Source: Phoronis australis (Eukaryota; Animalia; Phoronida). From it: 64,000 nucleotides of DNA. Positions 49,401 through 61,300 of the stretch are shown here, piece after piece; position 1 is the stretch's first letter; the number at the start of each line of letters is the position of its first letter. The translations under genes were made by a program, and so were the position numbers. Under the pieces are notes generated by a model. The model was given only the letters and a program-made list of their open reading frames with translations. It made no database searches and was not told the DNA's origin. The stretch spans positions 604,183-668,182 of the forward strand of contig NMRA01000028.1 of NCBI GenBank assembly GCA_002633005.1, in the 5' to 3' direction.

Positions 49401-50789
49401 CGTAAGCGAGGAGGATTGTGTTCTGAAGATTGTAACTGTCGCATAGAGGCTTGCTTGAACAGACACGGCAGTGCACACTTACTGGACTCTACGGATAATG
49501 TAAGCAATACCAGTTTGACATGGTTGTATATATCTCCCAGATGACATGTAACTCATTCTACCTCACTCATCTTGGTTGTGCCAAGTTCATTAACATTAAG
49601 AAGTTCAAACATTTGTGTGTGTGTGTGTTACACTGAACATATGTCTTGACATGGACACAGTAGTCACAGTTATCATTAATTGTTCATCCTTGCAATCCAA
49701 CACGATTTCTAAACTTGGAGTTCTACTTCAGAGGTCAAGAAATGTGAGAAAATTATGAATTCAACTACGACACTGTAAAGCTTGCTTACCTTGGACAAGT
49801 TAGACTTTCACTTAAAAGCGAAGGCAACCTTTTTTCATGTCTTTTTTTAGCAAAAATAAGGTTCGTTGGTTATCCCAGACATATTTTCCCCTTAATTACA
49901 GCTTTTTGTAATTTGATTAACTATTCGTTCACTGCTCTGGAAGTGACGTTTTGGTAGGCAAGAATTTCCCGCCTATTTCTTTTCGTATAGTCCGACTGTG
50001 AGAGCTTCCCAGTCAGTCATTTTGCTATCTCGCGGTTTTGATAAGTTCGGTCATCGTGTGCTTTTGTTTACGAGTCAGTCAACATGCCACACTGTTGCTG
50101 CACACGGGGATGTACTCATTATCGGTTGAACATATCAGACATCGTCGCGACTACTGCACTGACACACGAACTATTTACACCTCCTAAAACGTCACTTCCA
50201 GAGTAGAAAACGAATAATTAATCAAATTATGAAAAGTTGTAATTAAGTGGAAAATATGTCTGGGATAATCAACAAACCTTATTTTTGCTAAAAATGACAT
50301 GAAAATAGGTTGCCTTCGCCTTAACTCTGACAAAGTTCTGCAGTACACTTGTTCCAGCTGGAGCGTTCAGTCCTTCAGATCACCATACTTGGATGAAATC
50401 TTTGTCCAGTTTTGCTACATGTGATTTTCAATTAAATTCAAATACTAAGGGAACTACTTACCAATGACTTATTTCAGCACCTTTGCCACTTAACACAATT
50501 TGTATGATTGCAGAGTCAAAGTTCGCTCAACACCACGTTCAATGTGTCCGAAAACAAGGAAAACAGTCTTGAATCTCACAGCCCGGCCAAGTCACCAGCA
50601 AAGCCCCTTGTCAGCACAGAGAATGTCAACAAGGCGACAAAACTTTCCAAGAAGTCGTCGTCTGCCTCTGCTCTGTTCAAAAAGAGGTCAAGCAATGATG
50701 GGGGTCAGGAAGTGGGAATTCTGGGAGGAGGTTTGAAGAAGAAACGCAAGCTGCTCAACTCAACAAATTTCTTTAACCCAATAGTTTAA
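31488..50789 (+). CDS. KIF4: Chromosome-associated kinesin KIF4 (kinesin-4), 23 coding exons
   Basis: Exons: 31488-31596 ([18 protein letters not shown]), 32384-32509, 33068-33219 (P-loop GQTGSGKT), 34367-34453 (IYNEE), 34895-35061 (switch [12 protein letters not shown]), 35463-35557 (switch II DLAGSE), 36003-36122 ([14 protein letters not shown]), 37473-37686 (DSLGGNSHT...[15 protein letters not shown]), 38072-38245, 38610-38676, 39079-39108, 39439-39627, 42849-42952, 43383-43527 ([13 protein letters not shown]), 44659-44769, 45111-45290, 45557-45801, 46180-46309 ([11 protein letters not shown]), 46651-46821, 47740-47910, 48724-48927 or 48960, 49332-49499 (9-Cys CXC domain [16 protein letters not shown]...CLNR), 50514-50789 ([16 protein letters not shown]). 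All junction phases are compatible. Confidence 0.95.
33557..34290. mobile_element. Internally deleted, inverted relative of the 4304-6687 element
   Basis: GGGCAATTCCATTTGTGACGGA is the reverse complement of the 6687 end. GGTCAAGTGACC...GACCTTTTCAC.TAATTGCCC matches the 4304 end. TSD not preserved. Confidence 0.65.
35775..35877. mobile_element. Inverted copy of the 24191 hairpin MITE
   Basis: AATAGTCT...AGACTATT ends; the core GTTATTCAGTGGAGAAAACTGGTTCTCAAAA is the reverse complement of the 24191 element core. Confidence 0.6.
36398..37235. mobile_element. PIF/Harbinger-type MITE
   Basis: TIR GGGCTGTTCCAG.AAAATC.GT.TGGGAGGGG, 3-bp TSD TGA/TAA; the empty TAA site is visible in the duplicate at about 40093. 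Confidence 0.8.
39617..39829. repeat. 23-bp minisatellite spanning the KIF4 exon 12 donor (second array at 42486-42679)
   Basis: Unit TACAGTATGAG|GTGGGTAGTGT(A/C), at least 9 copies; both arrays contain or abut an N, so the true length is unknown. Confidence 0.95.
39831..42592 (+). repeat. KIF4: Second near-identical copy of the KIF4 segment 36135-39829 (exons 8-12); probably an uncollapsed alternative haplotype
   Basis: Begins immediately after the N at 39830 with the sequence found at 36135 and ends at the N at 42593. Exon copies lie at 40330-40543, 40931-41104, 41475-41541, 41948-41977 and 42308-42496. The copies differ by scattered SNPs and indels, two conservative amino-acid changes (I/V, K/R), and absence of the MITE at 36398-37235. 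Confidence 0.9.
43815..44363. mobile_element. PIF/Harbinger-type MITE, same TIR family
   Basis: TIR GGGCTGTTCCAG...CTGGAACAGCCC, perfect TSD TTA, repeated GGGTGGT subterminal motifs. Confidence 0.8.
47059..47570. mobile_element. hAT-like MITE with a 6-bp TSD
   Basis: TIR CAGAGCTTGGAAT / ATTCCAAGCCCTG, flanks CAGTGG/TAGTGG, CCGCGG-type subterminal motifs. Confidence 0.75.
49816..50320. mobile_element. MITE with ~140-bp TIRs and TTAA flanks (Kolobok-like)
   Basis: TTAA-AAGCGAAGGCAACC...GGTTGCCTTCGCC-TTAA. Purine-initiated termini with a TTAA TSD fit Kolobok better than piggyBac. Confidence 0.7.
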
Positions 50790-52313
50790 GTCCGAAGGGC
50801 TTGCATCATGCGTTGCTTTCAAGACCATTTTGAAATGACCACATCAGAAGCAGGATTGGACTGTTTAAACTTCAAGCATGTTTTGCCATGTTTAACTGAT
50901 ACTTTAAAGATATGTACTCATTAAGGAAATGGTCATTGTGTCACATGATTGACTTATTTTGACTGGAAGTCCTTGCGTGTCACTTTTTAATTTTAGGGTT
51001 TGCCAACCCCCCAAAAATGAACAATTTCCTACACATTTCTTGACCTGTTGAGGACTTGCCAGTCAGATTAACAGGGTGAAATGCACCCTTAACTTTGAAA
51101 GTTGAAGTAAGCTTTTTGCAGGCAGCAGCATTTCATTGCTTCTCGTCTCAAAGCCAGCATACAAAATTGGGAAAATCGTGGGCATTGTGCCCCTAAATGA
51201 AGACACTACAAAAGTTGTGTCCCCTACTCAGTGTCTCCAATGTGTCGAGGTGCAAATTGCAATTTGTACCTGGCAAAAAATACCACAAGTGGTTTGGACT
51301 CATTTTGATACCTGCCTCACAAAGTTGACATCAGGTGGCGCTGGGTAAAAAATAATTCCAAGCCAGTTCAGCTGGAATCAGTCACTAAACATTTTCTGTT
51401 TAAAAATATGGACATCTAAAAATACATGTTTTCAAAAATAATAGAACCAATAATGCTACTGTTTTATTGGCAATGAATGCACTTCTAATGCTGATACATT
51501 GTTTTGTGCAGCTGTATTCTGTTTCAATTAATTTGCTATCTTAACTGATTTGTTAATCATGAAGAAATTGAGTTTTCCCACACGAGGAAAAAACTCTCAG
51601 TGATCAAGTATTGTTGTTTTACCATTTCCCTCCGTAAATCGAACCAGTTTTTAACCCTTTCACTTTTATTACCCACACAGATGTCAATGTCTCTTAAAGT
51701 AAAACATGTGCCAATAGACGATACATTATACATGATATACATTCCAGTAGTTCCTTGCCACTTTTACATAGACTTAAAACAATATTAAGATGAAATCCAC
51801 CTGGCTAATAGTTTGAATGTGTACTTTTGTTGACTGTGAAGAAGAAGTGTTGAATGTACATAAATGATATCTTAATGAAATATAGTATGTGCAGTACTGA
51901 CAGTTGTGGAGTCATTGCGTACAAGTACAATACCAATAGTTACTGACACATATAGTGCACATAATGCTGCCAAGGTCGCCACTGGACTGGAAAAGGTGAA
52001 ACATTCCAGTAAAATGTGAGGAAAGGCATTAAATGGAAATGTGTGAATTCAAAATATGACTCTGTTTTAGTGTCTTCTTATAACAATTTAGCATAGTTTA
52101 TCAACCTCAACTTGTAAATCACCCATACACAGTGGGATGAGCTTCTCTACCAGATAGACACCTGCATACTACGAATGGAATTTCGCCACTGCCATATTTC
52201 CGATTACCCATTGTCACAAAAATGCACTCAAATTGAACACTGCTAATAACTGAGAAATGACCAATGCATAAAATGCCATTCATTCAACTGTTGCTCAAAC
52301 TGTCCATAATGCC

Positions 52314-55300
52314 TCAATGTTTAGACTTCTTGCTACTACTGCCTCCTCCTCCCATCTCCTTCCGCTTGTGCATGATATTCTGGATCTGCTGCCATTCACG
52401 ATCAAGAGCCGCCTTCTCGTCCTTAGGTCCTGTGCGTCGGGTTTTACGACCGTCTGACATCTTGACACCGTATTGGAAAGCAGCTCTGGAAAACAATGAA
52501 ATATTTGTGCAAATAGTACGGACCACCAGTTGTCTTTCACAGCAGTATGTTTAGATTTATGTGAATAGATCTACTAAGTGACGGACACCTTGTTGCAACT
52601 GCAGTTACACAAAAAGCTTAAGAATGACCACATGTAAGCAATGTGTGTTCTCATGACAATGCTCATTCTTTCCACTACAACGTAGTACACAAATAAACTT
52701 CTGTTTTCTGTGAAAGACAAAATACAAGAACACAATCGCCACCAATTTTAACAGTTGTCACACTATCCAAAGCTGATGGTCAAAACAATCGTAACAATGA
52801 GAGTGATTTCCCCTGTTAACAAGCAGTCACAAAAGTTTGCAGTGCGATCTGTTTCCGAAGTCAGCCTCTATTGTTTCGATAAAAATTGAGAGTGATAATT
52901 ACTTCTGGCCAATATTTAGACGCGTTGAAGCAGCACTAAACTCATGCTTTCTGTCAACAATAGTTTGGTTTAGTCCTCTTACCATTATGTTAAACCGATC
53001 TTGTCTTGCTCCTTAATGAATTTAGAAGAGATCTCTGAACTCAGGAACAACTAAATGTGTTATTGATTCAGACCAAGTTAATCAAATTTCAGATCGCGTC
53101 ATGACCTAAAATTTTATGAACTTGTTCTGAAGAAGTAATCATCTGACAGTTCTTTGGAACCTTGAAATCATTTCTATTGACTAAGAAATTTGAGATCGCT
53201 TGTGTTACGGTCAGTGGACTAAATCAAGGCTTTTTTGACAGAAACCATCGGTTTAATGGCACAGTAACTTTAAATTGTTCAATAAAGTCGAAGCCTACAC
53301 CATCTACACCATCTAGAAATAATTCATAGAAACCATCTCAGTGTCTAGCATTGATTCGTGTATATTCTCAGAGACTTAGAATTTTTGCTCAAGTGAGACT
53401 ATTTATTTTTCAGACATAGCATGTATGTCTTTCAAACGTCTCAAGTCACTTGCCATGACACAGACCCCAGACAGTAACACTTAGACACCTGCATACACAA
53501 TAACACTTAGACACCTGCATACACAATAACACATACTTGGGTAAAGCCTCCTTGTTGGACATATAATCACTGTACTCTTCAGCAGTTTCAAAGTCCCACC
53601 GGCCCACAGGTCCCTTCTTGTTACCCAGGTCCATCTTGGTATAATCAGCCTCCTCGTCACTGTCATCTATAGCATCAGCTGATTCCATCATACTGAAATA
53701 GAAGTCATCTTGTTAAATCATAGACAATAGCAGTGGCTGCAACTCATCACAGACAAGATGGCTCATGTACAGGGACACACCAATGCCTCATTTTATCACA
53801 TGTCAAAGTCTGGTCGAAGCTAAGATGGTCATAGGCATGTTCTTATGAAAGTGGTGTTGCACTTTTAGTAAGAGCACAACACTGCTAACAGTCAACATCC
53901 TCCTAATTCAAGTTAAGTGCACATTTTCACAAGCCACATTTAAACAAAAATTCCAGATACGATCATCCCAACCAGCGCTCAACACTAAACTTAACACAAA
54001 GTCGCATTTGGTGACCTGCCAAAAATCCCAAGTCACCAAATGAAATATGAAAATCCCAGATTGGCCAAATGGAATCTATGAAATCAGAGCTTGTTGATCC
54101 AGCGCAGAAATCGTTGACTAAAAAAAGGAAAAAGGTCATAGTTTCTAGAGTCTTACGCGTACCTCTCCAATTTCTTCCCGTAAATGTACAATCATCCTGT
54201 AACGATAGCATACACTAGTGGCGCGCATTTCATCGATCTTACCAGATTTTTGCATAACAATTCCGACTTCAGTCTGTTTACTGCCTGTTGTAATTTAATA
54301 GCATGTTTGATGTGTGCTGCTGTGGTAGCAAATGCACTGATTTCACAAAATAAACCGAACAATTGTGAATCAAAGGTAATAAATCAAGGAAAACTGTTTA
54401 GAAGCTAACACCAACTTAGAAACGAATTTAGTTGAAATCATTGTTTGCTACTCGCAGTGGCAGGTCGCTTAACACAATCTGAGGTCGCATCGTCTATCTG
54501 CAGGTCACCAAATCGAGCACTGCCAACTAAGATCAAGAATACGGCCTTTGATAAAACCGGTCCCTGGTGTGTAAAATGTGTATAAACTGTACAACACTAA
54601 CATGGCATTATCTCACCATATCAAGTAGCCATTATTGAACATTGCAAACGACATCAAGTAAAGTAAGACTCGTCTTTTTATTATGTACAATTCAGTCCTG
54701 AACAACAAATTCAACTAATGAACAGGTATGTTTTGGAATGTCAAAGAACTTCCTTGGATTACTTCGATTAATAATTATCCCAGTTTTGTACACACCATGA
54801 GTGCAACAGAGGAAAGCAAAATTCTACAAATAACTGAGCAGTACATCTTGCAAATCCGAGAGTCCTCTGAACCAGCAATGACAATCTTACCCAGGGTAAC
54901 ATTCAGCATAACTGTCGATTTCTGTTTTGCGCTTCAGTTTCTTCATTTGTTCATCGTCTTTCTTCTTGGGTACAGCGTCTTCCTCAGGTTGGGTCCAGCC
55001 CTGAAGTAATGACGATCAATACTACAAACAAGTCTGTTAATGTCACAAATATGCCACTATTTATGAAGACGTGCAGTGTAGCTACTGAGCCATTTGAATT
55101 AAAACTTAGTGGTCATCGTTCATAAACAATTTCTGCTCAATTCCAGAAGTCTTCAAGTTAAATTACATCAACCCTGTAATGCTTGAAATAAGAAGAATTA
55201 GCCAATAAAAGGTATTTGAGCATCAGTACACCATAAACCATCGAAGTGAAGGGAGCTCCCCCTAATGTAATCGATGTTAAACAAAATTAAACTTCAACAG

Positions 55301-58300
55301 ACTTATGTCTTCCAAAGTTCCTACAACAGACAGCTGCAGTGGGTTGACATGTAACCACTGCACAGGCTGACACAAGTCTTTTTAAGCTTTAAAAGCTTTC
55401 CTTCGGTATGAGACATAAAATATTCAAAGGTGTGCAAAAGTACCTTGGAGAACTTTTCATTGATGGATCTGACCAGGTCCTTGGCAGACTCCTGGTGTTC
55501 AGGCTTGACATCATCCTGAGGAGAGAGGTGATCATTATCTCAACATGCCCGACATAACACACGGCACACTCATTGAAAAATAACAAGATTGCTTTAATGT
55601 AAAACATGTCTCAGATGTGCATTTGGGTGCACGGGCCTATATCAGAAATAACGCTTTTAAGAAAACTTTTAACGCAAGCGTATTGGTTCATGCGTCTGTT
55701 TCACTTGTGGTTTTAGGAGTCTGCCTCTTGTAATGTGCGTCTAAACTTATTTGGATATCTTTCATTCAATCTCAGTACTTTTCATTTAAAGTTAGCTTTA
55801 AATTGATATTAAATAAACATCTACCATTACGTAATGCATAAGACAAGTTCAACTCACAATATTTCAAAAACTAGTTTCTTGGATTTTGTTTATTTAGAGT
55901 TTCTAACTATGGCCTACGAGCTTCATTCTTAACATTTTTTGCACATGAGCCTATGAATATGTGGATATATGACATGAACACTCAACTGAAATTTGCTCAC
56001 TGTTAGTCAAAACCTAATAGCTAATGCTTAATGACAACACAAAATACAAGTGTAAGACACTGAAGAATGAGAAACAATTGTCAGAGACACACACCTCATC
56101 TGCTGGTTTTTCAAAGTATGACCTCTTCTCTTTACGACCCCGGTCACCGTCCTTATCCCTGTCACGTCTGTCTCGGCCACGGTCACGGTCACGGTCCCTA
56201 TCCCTAAACACAAATCAATCATCAGTAGCACACGTGACATGCACAATACTGAATGCACAACACAGGATGCCATTTGAAAAAATCACTGCTGTAAACCTAG
56301 CAAACAAACAGTTTTTGTTGTATGTTTTTAAGTATTTTTGGCCAATTGAATATGATTTAAACAGATCTTTTGAAGCCATAGTAATAATATGAACATATTT
56401 ACAATGTCACCATAACTCTCTGTGACACCTGAACAGTAAATACTGACCATCACACCAACTGACTACATGATGACAAAAATTAAAAAATAGAGGAAAAGTT
56501 GCAAAACACTAACTAGTGATGAATTAAAATGAAAATATGACCAACATAATAAAAACAAGAACAACGCAGAGTGCTGGAATGTGCCCACAATGGCATCGTA
56601 AACAGTGCGCTTCTAGGGGTGTTTATTTGTATCCTAAAAATGGTCATTAAACCCATCCAAAAATGGGAAACTGTCATCAACCCATAATATTATTTGAAAA
56701 ATTTTAGGAAATCCATCAAAGAACTCCAAAGATACAAAGGCAAATGTAGAAAAAAACAAACTGACATTAAGAAACACAGCAGTATTCAAATCCATCCATC
56801 TGCTGTCAAGTTAATAAGAATACAATTGCAAAATTTCAAAAACATCTTGTAAAGGGTATGGAGATACAGCCATAGATGTGCAAAAATGTCCCTAGGGGGC
56901 ACCACAGTAGTTGAACCTGTTTGAAAATCCATGTCAGTATGTTCTAATCAGTAGGAACACAACGAGAATCTGCAAAGTTTGGCAGATACAGAAGCAAAAC
57001 AAAATAACAGACTAAAATAGGTATACAATGGCCATTGGTAGGTGAAGAATCCGTCGCAAAAAGGAAAGATACTGTCATCTTCGTAACAGAAAGTTGTTTG
57101 CCCAATATCATGAAAAAGCACGAAAGAAACTTTTGAAATTACAGAGGTAAAACGTAAACAATAAATTGCCACTAGGGAGCACAGCTGTAGTTGGATTGGT
57201 CTGATACTGGCCATCTCCGAAGGAAAACATCAGCTAAATTTCAGAAAGATCTTGCAAAGCATAAAGGAGATACAACCATGGATGCAAAAAAATTCCACTA
57301 GGGGGCAGAGTAGATGAGCATGTCTGAAAATCAACGTCAACCTCGGTCTTCATATCAGGAACACAAATCGAAATTTTAATAATGATCCTTCAAATGGTTT
57401 GGTGGATGGAAAGGGTAATGTCAAAAACGTAATAAACAGTTTTTAAAATGGCCACTGAGTAGTGCAGAAAACATCAAATTCGCCCAAAAATAAGGGGGCA
57501 TCGTCATCTGCTTAATAGAAACCTATATGCAAAGTTTCATGATAATAAAAGCAGCCGCTATATGTTGAATCTATTCAAAAACATTAACCTGTGTACTCTT
57601 TAATTGAAGCATATATTTTATTAAATTTCATAAAAATATGCCAAGGAGTTTCAAAGATAACAGAGGAAAACGAAAATAAAATTGCTACCAGGGGAACAGC
57701 GGCACTCAGATCCATCCAATGTCGCCTTTTTCAGTTAACTTCATATAAATACACTTGCTAACTTTAAAAGATCCTGCAGAGGGTTTGGGAGATACAGCCA
57801 TAGATATAAAACAACTGCCTCTAGCAGACGCCACAGTAGGCCGGGCTGTCCGAAAATCGTCATCACCCGTCCTCTTCAAAGTAGAGACTCGCCAATTTTC
57901 AAAATCATCCTTAGAGTGGTTTGGTGGATTGAGGGGCGGATGCCAATAACAAACTACAAAACAGTAAAAGCCACAAGATGGTGCAAAATACGTTGAATCC
58001 ATCCAAAAGCGGAAATATGTTGCTGTTTTTTTTAATAAAAGGCTATTCACCAAATTTCATAAAAGTCCGTCAAAGAATTTCAGAGAAACATGAAAATGGA
58101 AAAAAAAAGAATTGCCACTAGGGGGCACAGCCATCGTCAGATCCGTCTGAAAGTCGTCGTAAGCTTGATATAATTACACTGGCTAAATTTAATAAAGATC
58201 CTGTAGAGGGTTTAGGAGATACAGCCTTGGGTACAAAAAGCCACTAGGAGGCGCCACAGTAGTCTAAGTCATCGGGAAATAATCATCTTTTGAGTGCTTT

Positions 58301-61300
58301 GGTTGACAGAGTGGCGGATGCAGTGAAAATGGCCACTAGGTGCCTCAAAATACCTCAAATCCATTTGAGGACAGCGTCATCTCGCTAATAGATGCCTATC
58401 TGCCAAATTTCATGGCAATCCGAAGATACAGAGATAAACGTAAAAACTAAAATTGACACTAGGAGGCACACCGGTAGTTGGATCCGTCCGAAAGTCATCG
58501 TCGTCAACTTCATATAAATATGCTTGCAAAAGATCCTGCAGAAGATTTAGGAGGCGCCGCACAGACGGCAGACAGACGGGGATGACGGCATAATGTGCCC
58601 ACATATAAATATGTGGACACATAAAAATGACCAACTTCAAACAATAATAAAGTGAGGTGAGAAACAAACCACAGAACTAAATAATAACTCCACTTTCTAT
58701 GTAGTGTAACAGTTAAAAGTTAGAGAGGCTTGTCGAATTAAGAAACCTTTAGATTGTTGTCAGTCCTTTTTGGCATTTGTTACAGTGATGCCTGCCACAT
58801 GTGTCTTCATTTTAACTGTTTTTATTGCAATACTTTTGAGGGCAGCCTCAATGTAGCATGGCAGCCCTTCTCATGGCAGCGGTCCAGACACTCAAAGTAA
58901 TATTTGTGTAACACCAATAGTCATGTAGCAGGACCAAACTTTACTGACTTGTCCCTATTGCTACCATGGTTCCTATCTCCCTCACTCTCCCTAAACGGTG
59001 ACTTTACATTACTGACCTGTCCCTATTGCTACCTCGGTCCCTGTCCCGCTCTCTCTCCCTATCTCGACGGTCACGGCCACGATCCCTATCCTTGTCCTTT
59101 GACGTCTTATTATAACTGGGTGCATATACACCAGTCTCAGCATAGATACTACAATGTAAGTCAAACAAACATCAATTCCAGCAAGCAACTCCATACAGAG
59201 AAGATGCTCAGCACTGCCACTAGATAGAGAACATTGCAAAACATTTTTGAATAATCAATGGGTAATACAAACATTAAAATGTAAATCATGAATCAATTGA
59301 ACACGACAGTAGACCATTAAAATTAATACACTTCAATTTACACATCCTACTGGCTGGGAGACACTGGGTTGCAAGTCAACGTGAATAGAATGTTTCATGT
59401 TGTTTTCATTAGTCATCGAATTCAACTGAAGGTGGCACCACAGCTTCTTTTCTGACCAACTGCCTCATGACATTATTAATTACACTAAAGGCATCAGCAG
59501 CATTCAAAGCAGCCCAGATTAGACTTACGCTTCATCATGGCCTGGCATTTTTTCCTTCACAGTATCTTCATCTTTAACTTTCACACCTGACAACATAGGT
59601 TGAACTCTTATTATTAGATACGAGGGATACTATGTGGCCAGTCTTGTTATAATATAATAGTCAGCCATGCAAACCTGTCGTGTTATAAATATAATAGTGA
59701 GTAATGCATACCTTTGTCTTGTTATAATATAACAATGAGTAATGCATACCTTTTTCTTGTTATAATATAACAATGAGTAATGCATACCTTTGTCTCATTA
59801 TAATATAACTGTGAGTAATGCATATCTTTGCCTTGTTATAAATATAACAGTGAGTAATGCATACCTTTGTCTTGTTATAACATAACAATGAGTAATGCAT
59901 ACCTTTGTCTTGTTATAAATATAACAGTGAGTAATGCATACATTTGTCTTGTTATAATATAACAGTCAATCATGCATACCTTTGTTTTGTTATAATTTAG
60001 ACAAGCTCAATACACTAGAACCTCATGGATTAAACATAAAAACTTCTTAAATTACATCATTAAATTTTTTCCGCAACCATGTATCACATTCATTACGCCA
60101 CATCTTAAATGTCAATTGCCATATAGTGTTTGATTTTACTTTATTTATGTTTCTGTTGACGAAGTATGTTATATCCAAAAATTCCAGTTGATCCATTTAT
60201 TTGTTTTATTTACCTATATATATTCTACATTTCGTGAAATAGTATCCTTGCGAGGATCTGGATCACCTTATTTAGTTTCAGATTTACTTTCTACGTTATT
60301 TGTCTTGTTATAATATAACAGTGAATAATGCATACCTTTGCCTTGATAGAATACAACAGTGAGTAACACATATCTTTGCCTTATTATAATATAACAGTGA
60401 GTAACGCATACCTTTGTCTTGTTATAATATAACAGTCAGCCATGCATACCTTTGTCCTTCTTTTTCTTCCTGTCCCGTCGCCCTTGCCGAAGATAGGACA
60501 GAATCTGGGTTAACTTGTTGATAACAATGTCATTGGATGTTAATGTTGTCGTTGACTGGAAGAAAGCAATTTTGTCATTCCAGTGTTGGTTGAATACTTT
60601 GAGATTAATGTATTGTAAACATCAACCATGAAATCCATTAAGATCTATGGTAAACCTTAGTATTCTCATCATAATTCACTGAAGAGGCAACATTTTGTAG
60701 CATATATTAACTGACGTAGCATGAAGTATGACAGCTAGAACTTCAGGGGAATCACAGATTGAAAATGAAGTCAAAACAAGCACTAACAGACTGAGTATAG
60801 ACAAATCACACAGCCAAAATACTTAAAGAACAAGTAAATGGCCAAAGATGCCAGCCAGAAAATGACAGCATTCACACGTAAATCTGTGCTGATAATTTAA
60901 ACTAATGCTTGCAGCTTCAAGAACTTTGATTTGTTTACCTCTAGACTGGGACAGTCCGCCTTACTCCTGATTAGTGTCGTAGGTACATCTGTCTCCACGT
61001 ACTCATCTTCCAGGTCAAACACATACGCCATTCGACCCGGCAGGAACAGTTCATTCCTCTCAAATGTCCTCGGTTTGAATAGAGTGCGAAATATGTTTCG
61101 CCCTGAAATCAAGAATAATTGAAATTCATGTTCAGTGCTAGAGGAGGTTAGAATGTAGAGCAATTATTGGGAAAAAAGATTTGACATATGATATGTTACT
61201 TCAGACGGACGAAATGAGGGAAATGAATAATTAAGCAGAATCTGCAAAAGGAATCTTCAGAATAACCGGAAGTGTCTTATCACCGCTCAAGTCCATATTA

